Shown here piece after piece: positions 61,057-64,000 of a DNA stretch of 64,000 bases. Under the pieces are notes generated by a model, which saw only the letters and a program-made list of their open reading frames with translations, was not told the origin of the DNA and did not search any database. Every line of letters begins with the position of its first letter. The stretch's first letter is position 1. A program made the translations under genes and the position numbers. Where the stretch lies: positions 416,001-480,000 of the forward strand of contig CAXXXF010000016.1 in assembly GCA_963667175.2 (NCBI GenBank). The letters run 5' to 3'. Origin of the DNA: Candidatus Latescibacterota bacterium (GTDB lineage Bacteria > Latescibacterota > UBA2968 > GCA-2709665).

Positions 61057-62328
61057 TCAACCGGATCGCGGTCCGGACGTCGTCAGATTGCCTTCCCCGT
61101 CGAAGTTCATAGCTTCCGGTTCACCTGAGACCTCCACGTCGGGCAACGCCGAGAGTTCAGGCAGAAGGGACTCGGACGCCCGGAGGCGCTCCAGTTCCAG
61201 CGTCGAGCGTATCCGCATGACCCGCGCGTCCGGATTACCGCCGTTGCCGGACGCTCCAAGCGCGATCTCAATCGCCTCCCGGTCGGTTTCGCCCACGATG
61301 GGTATGTACGCGCGATTCAGGAACGTGCTGGTCATCGCGTTGGCATACGTCGCCTTGAAATCGATAGTGTCCACAAGCCGGCGCGTGGTCACGTCAGCCA
61401 GACCGATTCCATTGGCGTTGCCGTGCGTTTCGGGCGTCAGGTCCAGCACGACGACCCGTCCGATACGCGGTGATTCCGGCTCCTCGATCCCAGCCAGCCA
61501 TATCCGTCCGATGATGTTCGGGTCCATTCCCGTACCGCTGACGTTCTTGCCGATCCGGTCCACGATCAGGACGTCGATCCGTTCGACGGGCAGCCGCGGC
61601 ATCAGTTGCCGGGCCTCATCCAGCAATTCCGGCTCGATCGCCTCCAGCTCGTCCGGCGCCACGGCAACCACTTTTGCGGTTTTCTCGTGGGCGTTTTCAA
61701 GGATCGCCACCCCCAGGGCAATGGGCGCCTCCCGAAGGATCACCCGTCCCCACGCCGGTATCACACGCGGAAGGCAGGCCGCGCCCATCGAATGCGCCAG
61801 CGTGGCGCCCCTGTGCGACCCCAGCCCGATCGTCATCATCTTCATCAATCCGCTTTCGAACGGGCCGCGAAACGACGTGTGCGGCTTGATCCGGTTCACC
61901 AGTACCACGGCGTCGGCCTCTTTCGCCAGCCGGTTCAGGACCACAGGAATGCCGTCATCCGTTTCCCCGACCTGTACCACGTCCATCGTGGCTTCGACGG
62001 GCGCTCCCATCGTGGATTCGTCGATGCCGTACGAGGCGAGGATCTCCTTCTGCCCGTCGGCCGTGGCCCCGCCGTGACTGCCCATCGACGCGAGAACGAA
62101 CGGCATTCCCCCCAGTTCCCGGACGCAGTCCACGATGGCCCGGGTCAGCGGCGCGATCCCGTGAATGCCGCGGCTGCCTGCGGTAATCGCGACCCGGTCG
62201 CCCGCGGAAATGCGTCCGCCCAGCGATGAGCTCATGACGCAACTTCGGGTCTGCGCGACGGGGTCCGGCAGGCTCACCGCGGCGAATCTCTGCCGCAATG
62301 GAAACATCCTGGGGAAATTCATTTCCAT
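61057..62328 (-). CDS. Lactate racemase (LarA)-like/DUF362-type protein
   Basis: AITAGSRGI, MGSHGGAT, NRIKPHTSF, GKNVSGTGMDPN, HGNANGIG. Confidence 0.78.
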   Translation of the reverse strand: MEMNFPRMFPLRQRFAAVSLPDPVAQTRSCVMSSSLGGRISAGDRVAITAGSRGIHGIAPLTRAIVDCVRELGGMPFVLASMGSHGGATADGQKEILASYGIDESTMGAPVEATMDVVQVGETDDGIPVVLNRLAKEADAVVLVNRIKPHTSFRGPFESGLMKMMTIGLGSHRGATLAHSMGAACLPRVIPAWGRVILREAPIALGVAILENAHEKTAKVVAVAPDELEAIEPELLDEARQLMPRLPVERIDVLIVDRIGKNVSGTGMDPNIIGRIWLAGIEEPESPRIGRVVVLDLTPETHGNANGIGLADVTTRRLVDTIDFKATYANAMTSTFLNRAYIPIVGETDREAIEIALGASGNGGNPDARVMRIRSTLELERLRASESLLPELSALPDVEVSGEPEAMNFDGEGNLTTSGPRSG

Positions 62329-62403
62329 CCTTCTCAGTCAGGTCAGGGCTTCGAATGGCAGATCCGGGCGGGTCACAATCAGTCGGCGAGGAACCGGGGC
62401 CGC

Positions 62404-63252
62404 CTACGATATCCGGAACACCTCTGCCGCGTTTTTCGCCGTGATGCGTTCAATGGCATCCGTTGAGAGATCGGCTTCCCGTAGATAATGCAGCATCGGC
62501 GGCGTGCCCACGATCGAACACGCCGGCGACGGCCGCGTGTGGATGGTGTCCGTGGCGAACATCAACCGATGCTTCCATCGCTTCAGAAATTTCAGCCCGA
62601 ATGCCGGGTCCCGTGTGATGGCGTTGAAGCCCGATTGCGCCGAGAGGTCCGCATACAGATTCGCGTAATCCCGAAACAGTGACTCCAGACGCCCGCCGGG
62701 CGTCACCGGCCCCTCCGGATAGCGCTCGCCCTGTCCGATCTCCGCGGAGATCTCCCGCCAGAAATATTGCGCGTGGCCCACCCACTTCACGTTCCCGTAG
62801 GTCTTCAGCATCCGCTCAAAACCGGGCAATCCGGGTTCGTCTCGGTTGATCCAGTGGTCGATGTGCATCACGATTGCCAGACCCAGCCGGTCGCACGCCT
62901 CGTACACGCGCTGCTGCATCGGGTCGTCCACCGGCAGGCCGCACAGATTCTCGCCGTATCCCACGCAACCCTGGTCCATGTAGTGTTCGAGGATCGGGTA
63001 CGGATTGAAACTCCCCGGGGACCGGTGTCTCGGATCCACGGCGCACAACGGAAGCAGCCGGTCCCGGTGCGGCCGGGTCAGCTTCAGCAACTCCTTCGTC
63101 GTGAGGTAGAAGTCAAGCTCTTCCGGCACTTCCACCGCCATCACAATCCCCTTTTCTATCCCGTGGCGGTCCATCCAGCGCAGAAGCTTCCCCGGGGTCA
63201 GGCCGGGGTCTTCCAGAACGAGTTGTCCAAGATGCAAGTGCGTGTCGATCAT
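62404..63252 (-). CDS. Amidohydrolase_2 family protein
   Basis: IDTHLH, VMH, VGH, YADLSA, LMFATD. Confidence 0.88.
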   Translation of the reverse strand: MIDTHLHLGQLVLEDPGLTPGKLLRWMDRHGIEKGIVMAVEVPEELDFYLTTKELLKLTRPHRDRLLPLCAVDPRHRSPGSFNPYPILEHYMDQGCVGYGENLCGLPVDDPMQQRVYEACDRLGLAIVMHIDHWINRDEPGLPGFERMLKTYGNVKWVGHAQYFWREISAEIGQGERYPEGPVTPGGRLESLFRDYANLYADLSAQSGFNAITRDPAFGLKFLKRWKHRLMFATDTIHTRPSPACSIVGTPPMLHYLREADLSTDAIERITAKNAAEVFRIS

Positions 63253-63285
63253 TGTCTGTTCTCTCGTGTGCGCCGAAGGGCCCCT

Positions 63286-64000
63286 TCAGAGGCTGAACAC
63301 CTTCTCGGCATTCTTCCGCGTGATGCGTTCAAACGCGTCTTTCGACAGCGGCGCGTTCTTGATGTACTCGACAATCGGGGTTTCCTGGCCCACCCTGAGA
63401 TAGTCGGTGGCGAACATCAGCCGATGTTTCCATCGCTTCAGGAACTGCAGGCCGAACACCGGGTCCCGCGTGATCGCCCCGTAACCGGACCCCGCGGAAA
63501 GGTCCGCGTACAGATTCCGGTACGTTCGAAACAGCGCGTCAACCCTGCCGCCCGGGGCCACTTTCCCACGGGGATAACCCACTCCCCCTTCCACGTTTCC
63601 CGATATCTCGCGCCAGAAATGGGGTGAATGCCCGATGAATTTCACGTTTCGGTACGTCTTCAGCATGTTCTCAAACCCGGTGAGGCCGGGTTTGTCCCGG
63701 TTGATCCAGGCATCGAAATGCATGACGATGGCGATATTCAGCCGGTCGCACGCCTCGTAGACCCGCTGCTGCATCGGATCGTCCACCGGCAATCCGCACA
63801 GATTCTCCCCGTATCCGACGCAACCCTGGTCGATGTAACCGGCAATGATGGGATAGGGCTCGAACCGCCCCGGATACCGGTGACGGGGATCCACGGCGCA
63901 AAGCGGCTTCAGCCGGTCGCGATGCCGGCGCGTCATTCTGAGCAGTTCCTTCGTGGTCACGAAGAAGTCCAGTTCCTCCGGCGTCTCCACCGCCATCACC
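63286..64000 (-). CDS. Amidohydrolase_2 family protein, tandem paralogue; 5' end outside the window
   Basis: Highly similar to 62404-63252; YADLSAGSG, LMFATD. Confidence 0.88.
   Translation of the reverse strand, partial: VMAVETPEELDFFVTTKELLRMTRRHRDRLKPLCAVDPRHRYPGRFEPYPIIAGYIDQGCVGYGENLCGLPVDDPMQQRVYEACDRLNIAIVMHFDAWINRDKPGLTGFENMLKTYRNVKFIGHSPHFWREISGNVEGGVGYPRGKVAPGGRVDALFRTYRNLYADLSAGSGYGAITRDPVFGLQFLKRWKHRLMFATDYLRVGQETPIVEYIKNAPLSKDAFERITRKNAEKVFSL

Overview
GC-rich bacterial chromosomal window with no rRNA, tRNA or CRISPR detected. The gene families (DUF6785, M28-FtsX fusion, GldA/F/G-like ABC, many amidohydrolases) suggest a Latescibacterota/Gemmatimonadota-like organism; this is inference only. 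The left end is accessory: the N-terminal part of a type III restriction Res gene, a complete-looking ORF-less group II intron with a perfect EBS1/IBS1 match, and secreted serpin, ankyrin and other lipoproteins. Next come HU/IHF, a eukaryote-like pyrimidine 5'-nucleotidase and the most striking gene, an ECF sigma factor fused in frame to domains II-III of a DnaN-type sliding clamp. The centre is housekeeping: a GldAFG-like ABC operon; ilvN-leuACDB-cimA-aminotransferase-argJ-aminotransferase-accA, preceded by a candidate Leu-sensing leader-peptide attenuator; a gene-free structured region; comEC; and truA-htrA-pssA-tatA-gatAB. The right part has sugar-acid enzymes, a voltage-gated K+ channel, a TPR/DUF6785/giant peptidase-M28-like-FtsX transporter module, a SpeD-SpeE fusion, a LarA-like gene and tandem amidohydrolase paralogues. 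All family calls come from motifs recognised by eye, not database searches.
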